Below, piece after piece: positions 50,696-63,962 of a stretch of DNA of 64,000 nt. The stretch's first letter is position 1, and every line of letters starts with the position of its first letter. Under the pieces are notes generated by a model. It was not told where the DNA came from. It saw only the letters and a list, made by a program, of their open reading frames with translations, and searched no databases. The stretch is from Leptogorgia sarmentosa (taxonomy: Eukaryota): NCBI GenBank assembly GCA_964658305.1, contig OZ210885.1, positions 7,874,001 through 7,938,000 on the forward strand, in the 5' to 3' direction. The translations under genes were made by a program, and so were the position numbers.

Positions 50696-51199
50696 TAGAG
50701 TATGATACATCTAGAACGCAGACAACGGACTGCACGTATTAAATATTTTACCTATGTGGCTGCCTCTGTTCCTGTCTTTGACAGGGTGTATAAAGGAAAA
50801 GATTACAACTCAAATATTTTCTAAACGAACACGCAAAATGTGCAAAAACTTTCAGTTAGCCTACGGTGTAACATAGGCCCGCTAGGAGACTGGAAGCCAT
50901 AGGGGTTAAGATCCCCATTCGGCAATGTTAGGGGGGTTAATATCCCCGCTAACATTAACCTGTCCAAGGGGTTAAGATCCCCTTGGACAGTTTCTAGGAA
51001 TTAATTACATTGGATAATTGAGTCTATGGCCTGAAAGTGATCATTGGGAGCACTTCAACTCCACAAATACACGGAAAGTGTATTCCCAACAGGCGAACCC
51101 ATATTTTTTGTTTTTAGTTTTTCGTTTTGTTTTGGTTTTTTCGAATAATTTTTTTACGAACTCGTAGTTTTAATCAACACGGCAGATACTCCTGATAAG

Positions 51200-51900
51200 G
51201 TCGACGTTGGTGTTTTGTTGTATCTTTTGTAACAGTCTGAGGATCACCGCCCTAGGGTTTGATGAGTCATGCAGGTAGGTCTGCTTTAGCAGCCGTTGTA
51301 GCAGCACCAATCTGGTAGCTATGGCTGGCATAATTTGATGCATTCAACCCCGCCTGGCTAAGCAGCTTTCGGGTTTCAAAGGTCAGATGTTGCTTAGTAA
51401 GAGGTTTTCCAGATGCAAAAATAAAGAGCGGCCCAGTTACTGTTGGACGTAGCCGGGTGTAGTTTAGCATGGCTTGCACTGGACAGACTTCGTAGTATGT
51501 AGCGCCTATTGTTATTGTATGACCCAGGCGGAATGGATCGGTCTTAGATTCTTTGATAAGGATCGTTATGAATTGAGGTGTTTTGCCACCACTATTCGGT
51601 GAATAAATAATACATTCTCTGGTCAGGTGTATATCTGGGTTCAACTTAGAGTTGCAAGTTAATTCTCCAAGACGGAGAAAGCAAAAAAATGCTGATGTCA
51701 TAGTAGCACAAACCAACTTAGAGTCAAAGGACTGTGTGAACGGAACGCCAAGCAACATTTGAAATAGGTTAAGGTGGTTAATTGTTATGGGTAGCCGCAC
51801 CCGGAGTTGTTGCCCCTGTGAGCGTTTTATCCCTCTGAGAACAAGCAGTAAGCGTAGCATTTTGTTCAAGTTTAGCTCAATACCACGACGAATGCGGAAG
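51200..51900 (-). mobile_element. DIRS/Ngaro-type tyrosine recombinase fragment (pseudogene)
   Basis: RLPIT, AFFCFLRLGELT, SKTDPF, CPVQA, SHSYQIGAATTAA (normally HSFRIGAAT), followed by stops. Confidence 0.85.
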
Positions 51901-53625
51901 TAAAGATGGTGATCATTATGTGATGGTCATATGTAATGTATATGATCATGAATTTGCTTGTCAAAGCAGTCCCGACTAGTACTGTTGTTGCATGAATTTT
52001 GGTCATTATACTATACGGACCGTTCAGCGTTGACATATTTGTACATACCTTAAACCAGACCTTAAATCGTTGTTACTAAAACATATACCAAACTATTCGA
52101 ATAGCAGGAAATAGATTCGAATTGCTGCCATATAATTATAGCAGATCCCGGACAAAGTTAGAACATTAACCTTATGAAATCTGTTTTACTCGGCAGCTAT
52201 TAAGCCAGATCTTAACCCCATTCTAGTTTTCTATTGCCGATAAACCTCAGTCCTAGCATGAAATTTAATTTCCCAAGTCAAAAACATACCGAATCTCGGC
52301 TTCAATTTTATCCATTCACGATCGTTCCAGATTTCACGTAGGTATTGGACGGGTTTTTGTGCACGGATGTCATCAGCAGATTATTAATATAAATTTGTAA
52401 TATAAAAAGTTATTTGCTATACATTAAACTCCGGTCTTTGCCCTGAAATTACACGTACATGAATACATAACTTGCAATTTAGTTACTTGTGATATCCTAC
52501 ATCTCAGTAAGTGCGCAATTGCAATTCAAAACGACATTGACAATTTAAAGACATGGACATGCAGAATATGTTGTATGTAAGTGGTTTTATACAAAGGTTA
52601 AACTTGGTCAAAAAGAAAGCCACATATTTCGAATAGCAATCGCAAGACGCGACAACATCAATAAATTTGAAGGAGGTCTTTAAAATATGCCATATCGTAT
52701 GTCGCCCTGTTGAATTCCATTGCAATTTGATATTTGGAATGCGATATATTTATGATTGAAAGCTTATATCAAGTCTTCAACGCCCAACCTCGCGTTTCAG
52801 AAATCAGTACTTCGGAAAAACAGTCGCGCTATTTGCTAGCGGATTACAATTTTATACATGCAAGGTGACACATATTCGGGACAGACCCAACAAGTCGCGC
52901 ATTGACAAGTTTGTATCACCACGCTGGTAGCTTGAGCGCAATACATGAGCACTTTGTGTACCTATTTTTAAATAAATGAAGTGCCGTGCAGATGTACGAG
53001 ACTGCCGAGAGTATATTAAACTACCTATAGGCTAACTGAACGCGTGTTTTCCGAAATTTTTCCCGCTTTTATTAGTTTAGGGAATATTTCACAATTGGTC
53101 CGAGTTGACTATTCGCTCATAATAGTCACGCTCAGGTAGCGTGCTTAACCATACGGACAGATCTAATCTTAATGCGATTCTCGCCATGGAATCGGTAACA
53201 ATGACATGCAGACCATGTTTTTTCTTTTTTTTTACATTATCCACAGTGCAAAAAACATCGATCACCGAAAAAACAAACATGCACACGACTTCAACACCAC
53301 CATTCATTTTGTTGTGTTCTTCCAGTCAAGGGCTGAACTAGAGGCTTTCTTCCAAATTTGTCTCCCGATTTCTAAGATAATGCTTGGAACAAAGTTAATT
53401 CACTCTAGAAGCGCTTCACAACTGATGAGCATGGTATGTGTTATTTTTCATGCACTGCAAAAAGTGCAGCTCAACTACAAGAAGTATTAAGCCCTAAAAA
53501 TAACGTTTGACAATCTTGTTCGGTAAGAGACATCAAGAAATTTGAATAGCAGCTCAACCTATACAGCAAGTAATACGCTCTAAAAATAACGTTTGACAAT
53601 CTTGTTCGGTAAATGATATACATAC

Positions 53626-54230
53626 CTCGTCGTCAGAAGCAATTATGATATCATCCGAGCAGGGCACGAATTCTAACGCGGTAATGGGATCTGAACAAAT
53701 GTTGTCATGTGACCATATTAACGTCGGCAAGTTTTCTTTAACATTCCAAAGCTTCACAGACCCACCGATAGACCCCGATACAAAGCGACGTGAACGATCA
53801 TGACTTCCTCCCTCGCCTTTAACTTGAGAAATGGCATCCTCTTGTGCTTGGAACTTCAACTGCGATTTATTGTTAAATTGGAACCATAACAGTTTTCCGT
53901 CATCACAACCAAGCAATGCGTAGTTTGAACCAAGAGCAGTAATGCAGGTGACTTTAACTTCTGGTTGACCCAAATTAATGCTGGCCTCGATATCATTAAA
54001 AGTTCTTAGTTCGATCCTGTTTGCCTCGTCAACAAAAACGAAACGGACATCATCACTTAATAAGCACACAAAACGTATGGCGACTCCAGATTCGGTCTTT
54101 GCGAAGGTTTGAACAATTTTAGAACTCTCTATGTCCACCAGTGACAATGTTCCTGAACTGCTTCCAGACAGAGCAAATTTCCCATTTGATGTGATGTCAA
54201 TTGCTGTAACTATCGAGTCGTCAGGGTGAC
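53626..54230 (-). CDS. WD40 exon (copy left of the gap)
   Basis: GHPDDSIVTAIDITSNGKFALSGSSSGTLSLVD...FVSGSIGGSVKLWNV...IIIASDDE; phase 1 in, phase 0 out. Confidence 0.7.
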
Positions 54231-54956
54231 CTGAAAGAAGTAAAACGTTTAATGAAAGTCATTTGAAGTTGTCAAGTATATCAGTTAATATTTTATAAGT
54301 ATAGCAAGTCAGTTAATAACACAAATTAATAAACTTTTACACCTGGCCCTGCTTTTTGCAAGTAATACTCAAAGAAATTAACTGATAATTTTGATGGGGG
54401 AACAACATATTTTTCGGAAAAATAAGCTTGAAATTCAAATTTCACGATACTTAGACAGCAATCGATCATTGTTTGAAATCTTTTTGCTTGAACGAGTGGC
54501 TTTTAATTGAATTCGTTTCATCATCTTGGATGTTTTGGCGATCTATAGCCACTCTGCTTTTTCAAGTTACAAAATCAATAAAGTCCACTGCGTTATCAGA
54601 ACAGTCGTGTACGTTTAGTATTGAACTGAGGTTTATCGTTCACCAATATGTCCCAAGAGTAAAATGCATAATATGCCGTGTTTGGTACCAAAATGTGGAG
54701 CGACGTCCAAATGTCCAGCGGCTGTACATTGTTCGTACAGCCGCTGGGAAGATAGCGCGGGTTCAAATGTCCGCGAATTCTGCCTATGGTGCGGACTATA
54801 ACAATAGCGTTATATATCAAAATACGTACGGTACCGACCACGGGAAAGTTAACAGTCCCGAGCGGGACGGCATTCCCGTCCCGAGGGACGGGATTTCCGT
54901 CCCACGGGACGGGATTTCTGTCCCGCGGGACAAAAAAATCATCCCGCGGGATAGCT

Positions 54957-55156
54957 NNNNNNNNNNNNNNNNNNNNNNNNNNNNNNNNNNNNNNNNNNNN
55001 NNNNNNNNNNNNNNNNNNNNNNNNNNNNNNNNNNNNNNNNNNNNNNNNNNNNNNNNNNNNNNNNNNNNNNNNNNNNNNNNNNNNNNNNNNNNNNNNNNNN
55101 NNNNNNNNNNNNNNNNNNNNNNNNNNNNNNNNNNNNNNNNNNNNNNNNNNNNNNNN
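54957..55156. other. Assembly gap (200 N)
   Basis: Direct. Confidence 1.
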
Positions 55157-55458
55157 TGGTTTGGGTGTCCGAATTTCGGAAGCCCAAAATTTTCACCACT
55201 TTTCTGCCTGTGGTTTGGGTGTCCGAATTTCGGAAGCCCAAAATTTTCACCACTTTTCTGCCTGTGGTTTGGGTGTCCGAATTTCGGAAGCCCAAAATTT
55301 TCACCACTTTTCTGCCTGTGGTTTGGGTGTCCGAATTTCGGAAGCCCAAAATTTTCACCACTTCATGCTTTGGGTGTCCGAATTTCGGAAGCCCAAAATT
55401 TTCACCACTTTTTTGCCTGTGTTTTGGGTGTCTGAATTTCGGAAGCCCAAAATTTTCA
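55157..55458. repeat. 54-bp tandem repeat, about 5.5 visible copies, probably inside a TE ending near 55826
   Basis: Unit TGGTTTGGGTGTCCGAATTTCGGAAGCCCAAAATTTTCACCACTTTTCTGCCTG. Confidence 0.9.
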
Positions 55459-56377
55459 TAATTTTGCCAAAAAAACACGAGACGATAAATTTTCCAAACT
55501 TTTTAAGTCATCTCGGGAAAATTGTGCGGAATTGGATGTCGTTCCGAACAAATTTTTTCAAACATGGTCAAAACGTGCGGACCAATTTGCCAATCCGCAC
55601 AAATAAAGGCTTTTATCTCAAATTTTCGGATTATAATTCGAGCCCAAGTCTGAACAAAATCGAACATTTTTCTGAATTGTGCGGAAATTGTAGTTACATT
55701 TCGCAAAATTGAACTTTTTTCTCAAAAAATGCGAAAAAATTCTAAAATTCCGCACAATATCAATTTTTTTGAAAGAAAATGCGGAATTTTGCTAGTTTGG
55801 AATTGTTCAAAATTCTTTGGAACGCCTTTTAGGGAATATTTCACAATTGGTCCGAGTTGACTATTCGCTCATAATAGTCACGCTCAGGTAGCGTGCTTAA
55901 CCATACGGACAGATCTAATCTTAATGCGATTCTCGCCATGGAATCGGTAACAATGACATGCAGACCATGTTTTTTCTTTTTTTTTACATTATCCACAGTG
56001 CAAAAAACATCGATCACCGAAAAAACAAACATGCACACGACTTCAACACCACCATTCATTTTGTTGTGTTCTTCCAGTCAAGGGCTGAACTAGAGGCTTT
56101 CTTCCAAATTTGTCTCCCGATTTCTAAGATAATGCTTGGAACAAAGTTAATTCACTCTAGAAGCGCTTCACAACTGATGAGCATGGTATGTGTTATTTTT
56201 CATGCACTGCAAAAAGTGCAGCTCAACTACAAGAAGTATTAAGCCCTAAAAATAACGTTTGACAATCTTGTTCGGTAAGAGACATCAAGAAATTTGAATA
56301 GCAGCTCAACCTATACAGCAAGTAATACGCTCTAAAAATAACGTTTGACAATCTTGTTCGGTAAATGATATACATAC

Positions 56378-56982
56378 CTCGTCGTCAGAAGCAATTATGA
56401 TATCATCCGAGCAGGGCACGAATTCTAACGCGGTAATGGGATCTGAACAAATGTTGTCATGTGACCATATTAACGTCGGCAAGTTTTCTTTAACATTCCA
56501 AAGCTTCACAGACCCACCGATAGACCCCGATACAAAGCGACGTGAACGATCATGACTTCCTCCCTCGCCTTTAACTTGAGAAATGGCATCCTCTTGTGCT
56601 TGGAACTTCAACTGCGATTTATTGTTAAATTGGAACCATAACAGTTTTCCGTCATCACAACCAAGCAATGCGTAGTTTGAACCAAGAGCAGTAATGCAGG
56701 TGACTTTAACTTCTGGTTGACCCAAATTAATGCTGGCCTCGATATCATTAAAAGTTCTTAGTTCGATCCTGTTTGCCTCGTCAACAAAAACGAAACGGAC
56801 ATCATCACTTAATAAGCACACAAAACGTATGGCGACTCCAGATTCGGTCTTTGCGAAGGTTTGAACAATTTTAGAACTCTCTATGTCCACCAGTGACAAT
56901 GTTCCTGAACTGCTTCCAGACAGAGCAAATTTCCCATTTGATGTGATGTCAATTGCTGTAACTATCGAGTCGTCAGGGTGAC
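56378..56982 (-). CDS. WD40 exon (copy right of the gap)
   Basis: tctttcAG acceptor (phase 1) matches the 59454 donor; GAG|GTATGT donor (phase 0) matches the 46593 acceptor. Confidence 0.75.
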
Positions 56983-57592
56983 CTGAAAGAAGTAAAACGT
57001 TTAATGAAAGTCATTTGAAGTTGTCAAGTATATCAGTTAATATTTTATAAGTATAGCAAGTCAGTTAATAACACAAATTAATAAACTTTTACACCTGGCC
57101 CTGCTTTTTGCAAGTAATACTCAAAGAAATTAACTGATAATTTTGATGGGGGAACAACATATTTTTCGGAAAAATAAGCTTGAAATTCAAATTTCACGAT
57201 ACTTAGACAGCAATCGATCATTGTTTGAAATCTTTTTGCTTGAACGAGTGGCTTTTAATTGAATTCGTTTCATCATCTTGGATGTTTTGGCGATCTATAG
57301 CCACTCTGCTTTTTCAAGTTACAAAATCAATAAAGTCCACTGCGTTATCAGAACAGTCGTGTACGTTTAGTATTGAACTGAGGTTTATCGTTCACCAATA
57401 TGTCCCAAGAGTAAAATGCATAATATGCCGTGTTTGGTACCAAAATGTGGAGCGACGTCCAAATGTCCAGCGGCTGTACATTGTTCGTACAGCCGCTGGG
57501 AAGATAGCGCGGGTTCAAATGTCCGCGAATTCTGCCTATGGTGCGGACTATAACAATAGCGTTATATATCAAAATACGTACGGTACCGACCA

Positions 57593-58163
57593 CGGGAAAG
57601 TTAACAGTCCCGAGCGGGACGGCATTCCCGTCCCGAGGGACGGGATTTCCGTCCCACGGGACGGGATTTCTGTCCCGCGGGACAAAAAAATCATCCCGCG
57701 GGATAGCTTTCTAGTCCCGCGGGAAAAATTTTTCGCGGGACGAGAATGCATGCCATAGCGTGGGAAGGGAAATGCGTCGCTTGGGTTACAATAGAATTTG
57801 TTTACGTATATGTTACATAACTTTCAAATTTGAAACTGTTCACAACTCTACGCCAAAATGGGAAGGTTAAACCGCCACAGCAAAGAGCGGATTGTGAAAT
57901 TCAAGGAAGAAGGTTATAAACCATCGCAAATATTGCGAATTTTAGAAGGTGAAGGGGTAGAATTACTACGTATTTATATTGATTGTGCGGAATTATACGG
58001 AATTTCAGAACAGAATTTTAATCCCGCGGGATTCCTGTCCCGCGGGACGGGATTTTTATCCCGTGGGACGGGATTCCCGTCCCACGGGACGGGATTCCAA
58101 TCCCGCGGGACGGGATTCCCATCCCGCGGGACGGGATACGGGATTGTCAATTATTGTTACCCG
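57593..58163. mobile_element. Non-autonomous DNA transposon with 21-bp GC-rich subterminal repeats and an HTH-like ORF start
   Basis: Repeats CCCGCGGGACGGGATTCCCGT at both ends; MGRLNRHSKERIVKFKEEGYKPSQILRILEGEG. Confidence 0.6.
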
Positions 58164-58204
58164 GATTGTTTTGCATTCATAAACTTGTTTGAGAAGTTTA
58201 TAAT

Positions 58205-58460
58205 CCCTTATGAAAAATACACATGTGGTTCACATGTGGTTCACATTTCGAATTGGAACAACCACATGTGATTCACATATGATTCACATGTGAACTGAAA
58301 CACATGTAAAAACTCACATGTGAAACACATGCGAATCACAAGTGAATCATATGTGAATCATATGTGAATCATGTGTGAATCACATGTGATTGTTCCAATT
58401 CCACCTGTGAACCACATGTGTTTCACGTGTGGGTTTTTACATGTGTATTTTTCGTAAGGG
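58205..58460. mobile_element. CACTA/EnSpm-like MITE
   Basis: AT|CCCTTATGAAAAATACACATG...CATGTGTATTTTTCGTAAGGG|AT, 2-bp TSD, many internal CACATGTG motifs. Confidence 0.75.
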
Positions 58461-59453
58461 ATTATTCAATGAAAATAATGTCATGGAATAAGAAATACTT
58501 CTAACATAGGTTTGGAGCAATTTATATAAAATCTGTCCTAATAGTCCACGTTATCTTTATATAAAATCTTTATATACTTGGTTTTGTCATGAATTATTGC
58601 ATGACGAGCAGGTTAAGACAAATACACTCTGTTACACCCAGATCATTAACAAATGGGACAAATTACATACAATCACGTTTTTTCTTTTTTTTTCCAAGAT
58701 CGCATTGTTTTCAGTAGCAGATCGTCATCATGCAGTTTTACGAACAATGCAGTTTTAGGATTAAGGTAAGTTGCGCGATAATGGAAATCGTAGACGGTCA
58801 AACTCATCACTGACAGTCGAATGGATAATTTATTTTTAACTGGATCCTGCATTTTTAACAGCAGGATGACCCAGGAAATACAATATTGGCGTCAAAAATG
58901 ACTGGAACTACAGAATTAGGGCTCGTAGTTGGGGTCCGTTATAGCACTTCCAAGCAGAGAGATAACTGAATTAATCTTGATAAGGTCAAAATATACATAA
59001 CATATAATGCAAATAAATTGAAAAGGATGACAGGAAAAAATTCTTGATCAGCTAAATAAGCATTGAGATTTACATTCACCGCAGCATCGATGTGCTGCAA
59101 ATCCTATAGGATTTCTATATACCACAGCAATCTTGTAGTTTTGGTATTCTTTCGATCTCTACATGCAACACGACCTAAATAATGCATATCAGCTTGTAGA
59201 TACTCGCGATGAAACCGTTTTCATTGAATTGTTCGTAATCAGAAAATAGCATGTGAAGCCATGACAATTTCTTAAATCGAATCCAATACTAATTTGAATG
59301 CACTGTTTTTTCGGAGAAATATATTGTCAACTAAAACGGATATTTCACAAACATAAATTTTGCCTGTATAAAGATGGTACAATACCCTGTAGTCGCATCA
59401 ATGACTTAACAGTATTTAGAAGTTTGAATGCAAATATTCCTCCATTTACCCAC

Positions 59454-59862
59454 CTGCATTATGGTCGACCCAACTATTTGTTGACAGTTTCTCGTGGAAA
59501 AACACATTATTCTGAAGCGACCCAAATAATACTCTTTTGCCGTCGGGTGATATTACTGGTGGGACGCTCGACCCTTGACGAACAGTCGATACTTGTAGTG
59601 AGTCGAGATTGATTTCACAAGTATGCATATCCCGGCTGCATGTGTAAATCATGTTGCGATCGCATGCTATTTCCACTGTGTAGGACGCGGGTAAAATGAC
59701 TTCTTTCAAAGACGCATCAGGCTTTTGCCAGTCCCAGATGAACACATGGTTATCTTTGCATCCAATTATAACTTGCAACCCATCAGAACTAAAGCGAACA
59801 ATCTCAGGTGTGTCATCGCTATCAATTTCATTGATCACACTGCCATCAGACAAATTCCACAC
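59454..59862 (-). CDS. WD40 exon (most 5' exon visible; gene starts off the right edge)
   Basis: ttttcaAG|VWNLSDGSVI...VRFSSDGLQVIIGCKDNHVFIWDW...ISPDGKRVLFGS; donor G|GTGGGT, phase 1. Confidence 0.85.
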
Positions 59863-62317
59863 CTTGAAAATAAAAGGAAAATTTTTTCTGTGTGATACGC
59901 AAAAAACGCTTTAAACTTGTGACTACATTGATTTTAGCGAAACTAATTATGAATATAATAACTAACACGCACATGAATGACTTTGTAAATAGGTTTAGTT
60001 AGTTATATTATGCGTGTTACTTAAAGCGATTATAAACCGGAAGTTATGCAGTTTTTAAGGATTGGGATAGAGCACAACAAATTAGTTAATACGTTCTAGA
60101 TTAGGTTTTACGTTTTAATTTCCGAGATATACGTATTAAGAACAGACCTAGAATATGACTGGACAAAGCTTCGGAAATGCATAAATGAACCAAATGTGCC
60201 CATATTGGTGACACCATCTAAAATCCACTGTGGTGTTTTTGAAGTTCCTACAGTTTTAGGATATTACTTGAAATATTTATTAAACATTGCCTGAATAAAT
60301 TTCCTCCTAAAATTGTGTCTTTTTCCTTTTAAATTTGCCCGTGAATAACTAATGAGGTCACACGAAGATGTACGCTGTGTGATTCTTTATAAAGCTGTTA
60401 AAACGTTCTAGAAAGCACTAGAAAAGTTATGACCAGCTCTGTGTATGTCTTAAACTGCAAAAGACATTTTCTTTATAATCCGACCATGAATGTTGCGATA
60501 CCATTTATGGAAACTGCGATCAATGTCACTCATTTTAGAATCTTATCTCATTAGAAATTTTCTAATTTCAAAATTCCAGACTGAATCCAAAAGGATGATA
60601 AATCCGGTAATACGAGATCAGTGGATATAAAGGCTGGAAAGCACATTACTCTCAGTAACACAATCTTTGTAATGATTTTGTTCAATTTATGTCTTCATAC
60701 TTTATTTATGCATTTAACAGTTTAACTGCATGTATACAACCTCGTGAATAAAGCTACTGCAGAATATTGCGAATTTTAGAAGGTGAAGGGGTAGAATTAC
60801 TACGTATTTATATTGATTGTGCGGAATTATACGGAATTTCAGAACAGAATTTTAATCCCGCGGGATTCCTGTCCCGCGGGACGGGATTTTTATCCCGTGG
60901 GACGGGATTCCCGTCCCACGGGACGGGATTCCAATCCCGCGGGACGGGATTCCCATCCCGCGGGACGGGATACGGGATTGTCAATTATTGTTACCCGGAT
61001 TGTTTTGCATTCGTAAACTTGTTTGAGAAGTTTATAATCCCTTATGAAAAATACACATGTGGTTCACATGTGGTTCACATTTCGAATTGGAACAACCACA
61101 TGTGATTCACATATGATTCACATGTGAACTGAAACACATGTAAAAACTCACATGTGAAACACATGCGAATCACAAGTGAATCATATGTGAATCATATGTG
61201 AATCATGTGTGAATCACATGTGATTGTTCCAATTCCACCTGTGAACCACATGTGTTTCACGTGTGGGGTTTTACATTAAAGCTACTGCAGAAAGTTTGCC
61301 TTGTTTGCTTGGGTTCAGGAGTCTATTGGAGTTTTCGTTAGACTAATAATGGAACGGCCATGGAACGGTGGCCAATTGTGGAAAAGTCAGATAGGGCTAG
61401 TCAAGATACTTGTTAGCAAATATTTCAACCGTTGTTAAAATGCTCGGGAAGGTATAAAATCGCAGATACGGAGCAGGCAATTGATAAAAAAGAATATTCA
61501 ACTTCAAAATATTTAAGTTTTATTCGCGTCAGAGTTTTAACGGGTTGTTTTAGGAAATTCGACAAAGAGCAACAGTCTTGATCACCACCTAAACGATAGA
61601 AACAGATTTAACGTTTCGATGAAACGTCCTTCCTCAGGAATTGGTGTGCTCACTAATGTAGTTATTCAGTGGAATGGCGCAATGTCACATGTGAACAACC
61701 ATCCCGTTACAGGAACGTTATAAATTGTAAACTGCATGAGACATCCTCCACTGCACGAGCGGGGGGAGTTGAAAATTGATTTCTTTCACCAGTTGACAAG
61801 TATTACTATTTATGCATGCGTTGTCCACAATGAATTTTTCCACGATTCTTGCCCCATCTAGTCATCGATTACATACAGGATTATCTCGAGCCTCATATTA
61901 ATTGGACTATATCAAATGTCAATTATACATATCTATATAGGTACAGATCTTGAACAATATATATCGTGTGTCGCATCACCAAAATGCAAACTCGTACATG
62001 ACAGAACTTTCAGCATTCAGTAAGTTGTTGCTGGGTCTTCCAGCAACACAAAATAGATAGTACTGTTAGTGTCTTTCCCGTATAGATGACAAATTGCATG
62101 GTGGGGATTTTAGTAATGGGGGTATTTTACGATCGGGTTAATCTGCTTCCAGATTATCTAACTACATACAATACAAATGAACTGAGTTGTATTTAAAATA
62201 CTCAGAATTGTGGCAATTGAAATACCAGGCGGGAATCTTAATCTGAATATGAATATTAGTGCCCAGCAAGCGATTTTTAATGCATACATATTAAAACCAT
62301 CCAGTTTTATATAAAAT

Positions 62318-62365
62318 TTATTGCTAACGTTTCGTTGCTACATCGCAACATCATCAGAGCTATAA
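62318..62365 (-). ncRNA. Minimal type I hammerhead ribozyme motif
   Basis: ttatagct-CUGAUGA-U-GUUGC-gaugua-GCAAC-GAAA-CG-UU-agcaataa; core, stem II and stem I can be paired by eye. Confidence 0.7.
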
Positions 62366-62660
62366 TGATAATGTAATAGTTGGTGTATCTATATATACAT
62401 GATTATATGAGTTTTATATTACAAACGGTTAAAATTCAAATACAAAAGAACGAATAAGAAAAGATTTAGAAAAACTATATGTCAAAAGCAGGAATAAGTT
62501 CATTAGTTGTTACAGAGAATTAAGTGATCAGGTCAAGTTCGAGTGGGATTAGTGATTAAAAAGATACAGAGGTGTAGAAGAAATATTATTATTGAGGACA
62601 GGTTTGAATTTAGAGATGAGGAGACTTTCACGTATTTCGAGATCAAACTTAGAGTTAAAA
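62318..62660 (-). mobile_element. Penelope-like element 3' end
   Basis: GIY-YIG C-terminal-like 'FDLEIRESLLISKFKPVLNNNISSTPLYLF' (stop at 62549-62551) followed by the hammerhead motif. Confidence 0.7.
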
Positions 62661-63740
62661 TACTCAGTTGTGTTGGTAGTGGCTTTATTAACAGGCAGCA
62701 AAGAGTCTACTCTCTACCTAAATAATATAAACAGATTTTACGTTTCGAGCAGAGGCCCTTCGCTGGGATCGAATATTGTGTTTTATTTTTTTGCAAATCA
62801 GCAGCGGGCGGAATCCAAGCGTTTTCTGCAATCTGATTGGCTGCAGCAGCGGGCGGAATTTTACGATATCTTGACCACGGTCCGGAATCCTGAATACATA
62901 ATGGCCGAAGCAAATAAAAAATCTTTTGTATGTTTGTTTTAATGGCAAAAAAATGCAATATATATCGAAAATCTGCAGTTTATCCTGACTTAAATTCATC
63001 CTTTTTAATAAAATACTATAACCAGTTCATTTACTTAAGATTAAAGTTAATTTCTCTTATATATTTTTAGAAATAATTTTTAGTACGAAGAAACATTTTC
63101 GGCGAAATATTTCGGTGTCATATTAAAGCATATTTTAACCGTGTTTTTATCATGAAATGTAAAAGAAGATAAATAATTTCAATAAATTTACCTTTTTTGA
63201 TTGTCATGTTGAGTGAAAAGGCAGCAATTGTACTAAAACTGAAGGGTTTTTTTTCACTTCGCCTTGGCTGTTTGGCAGCCATACTTGCGATGGAGTAACA
63301 AAGTAAACAAACACAACTGATCTCAAATCTAGTTCGCTACACTGGAATTTCTTATGAATTTGATCATAGCATTGCGTAGCAAAAAAATAAATCCGTTATT
63401 TACCGTTTAGGTCGGTCCGGATAGAAAAATATTTTGTCTCGGTCTCAAAAACGTCCCTCGGCCTCGGGCCATTTTTGAGACCTCGACAAAATATTTTTCT
63501 ATCCGGACCTCCCAGCCGGTAAATAACATATATACACTAATTCCCGACGAGGGCCTTTTGCGGGATACGTCAAATCCGTTTGTATCGCTTATAGGTATTG
63601 AGTAGACCTTTATTTGTTGTTGATGTTGCCATCTGCTACCTACACTGGTCACATATTCATACTTCAATTATTATCTATCATGGGTTATGAGTACGTTGAC
63701 CTGAAACCGTCATCATACAGGTCTGAATGAAGTTGATGTA

Positions 63741-63962
63741 CAGTACTGTGCAAAAGTTATAGGCATCTCGTGAAAAAGCATTTGGCGCCATCTTATTGTA
63801 AACTTATCGTATAAGTTTACAATAAGTTTACAATAAGTTTACAATAAGATGGCGTCAGATGTTTTTTCACGAGGTGCCTATAACTTTTGCATCGTATAAG
63901 TTTACAATAAGATGGCGCCAAATGCTTTTTGACGAGGTGCCTATAACTTTTGCACAATACTG
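63741..63962. mobile_element. Tc1-type MITE with a duplicated right arm
   Basis: TA|CAGTACTGTGCAAAAGTTATAGGCA...TGCCTATAACTTTTGCACAATACTG|TA. Confidence 0.8.

Larger units (their letters stand above)
53076..57708. repeat. Apparently identical 1.9-kb direct duplication (53076-54956 = 55828-57708) around the gap
   Basis: Offset 2752 bp; identical ORF translations in both copies. Confidence 0.9.

Noticed and set aside
54473..55712. ORFs of 300+ aa
   Set aside because: They read through the N gap and tandem repeats.
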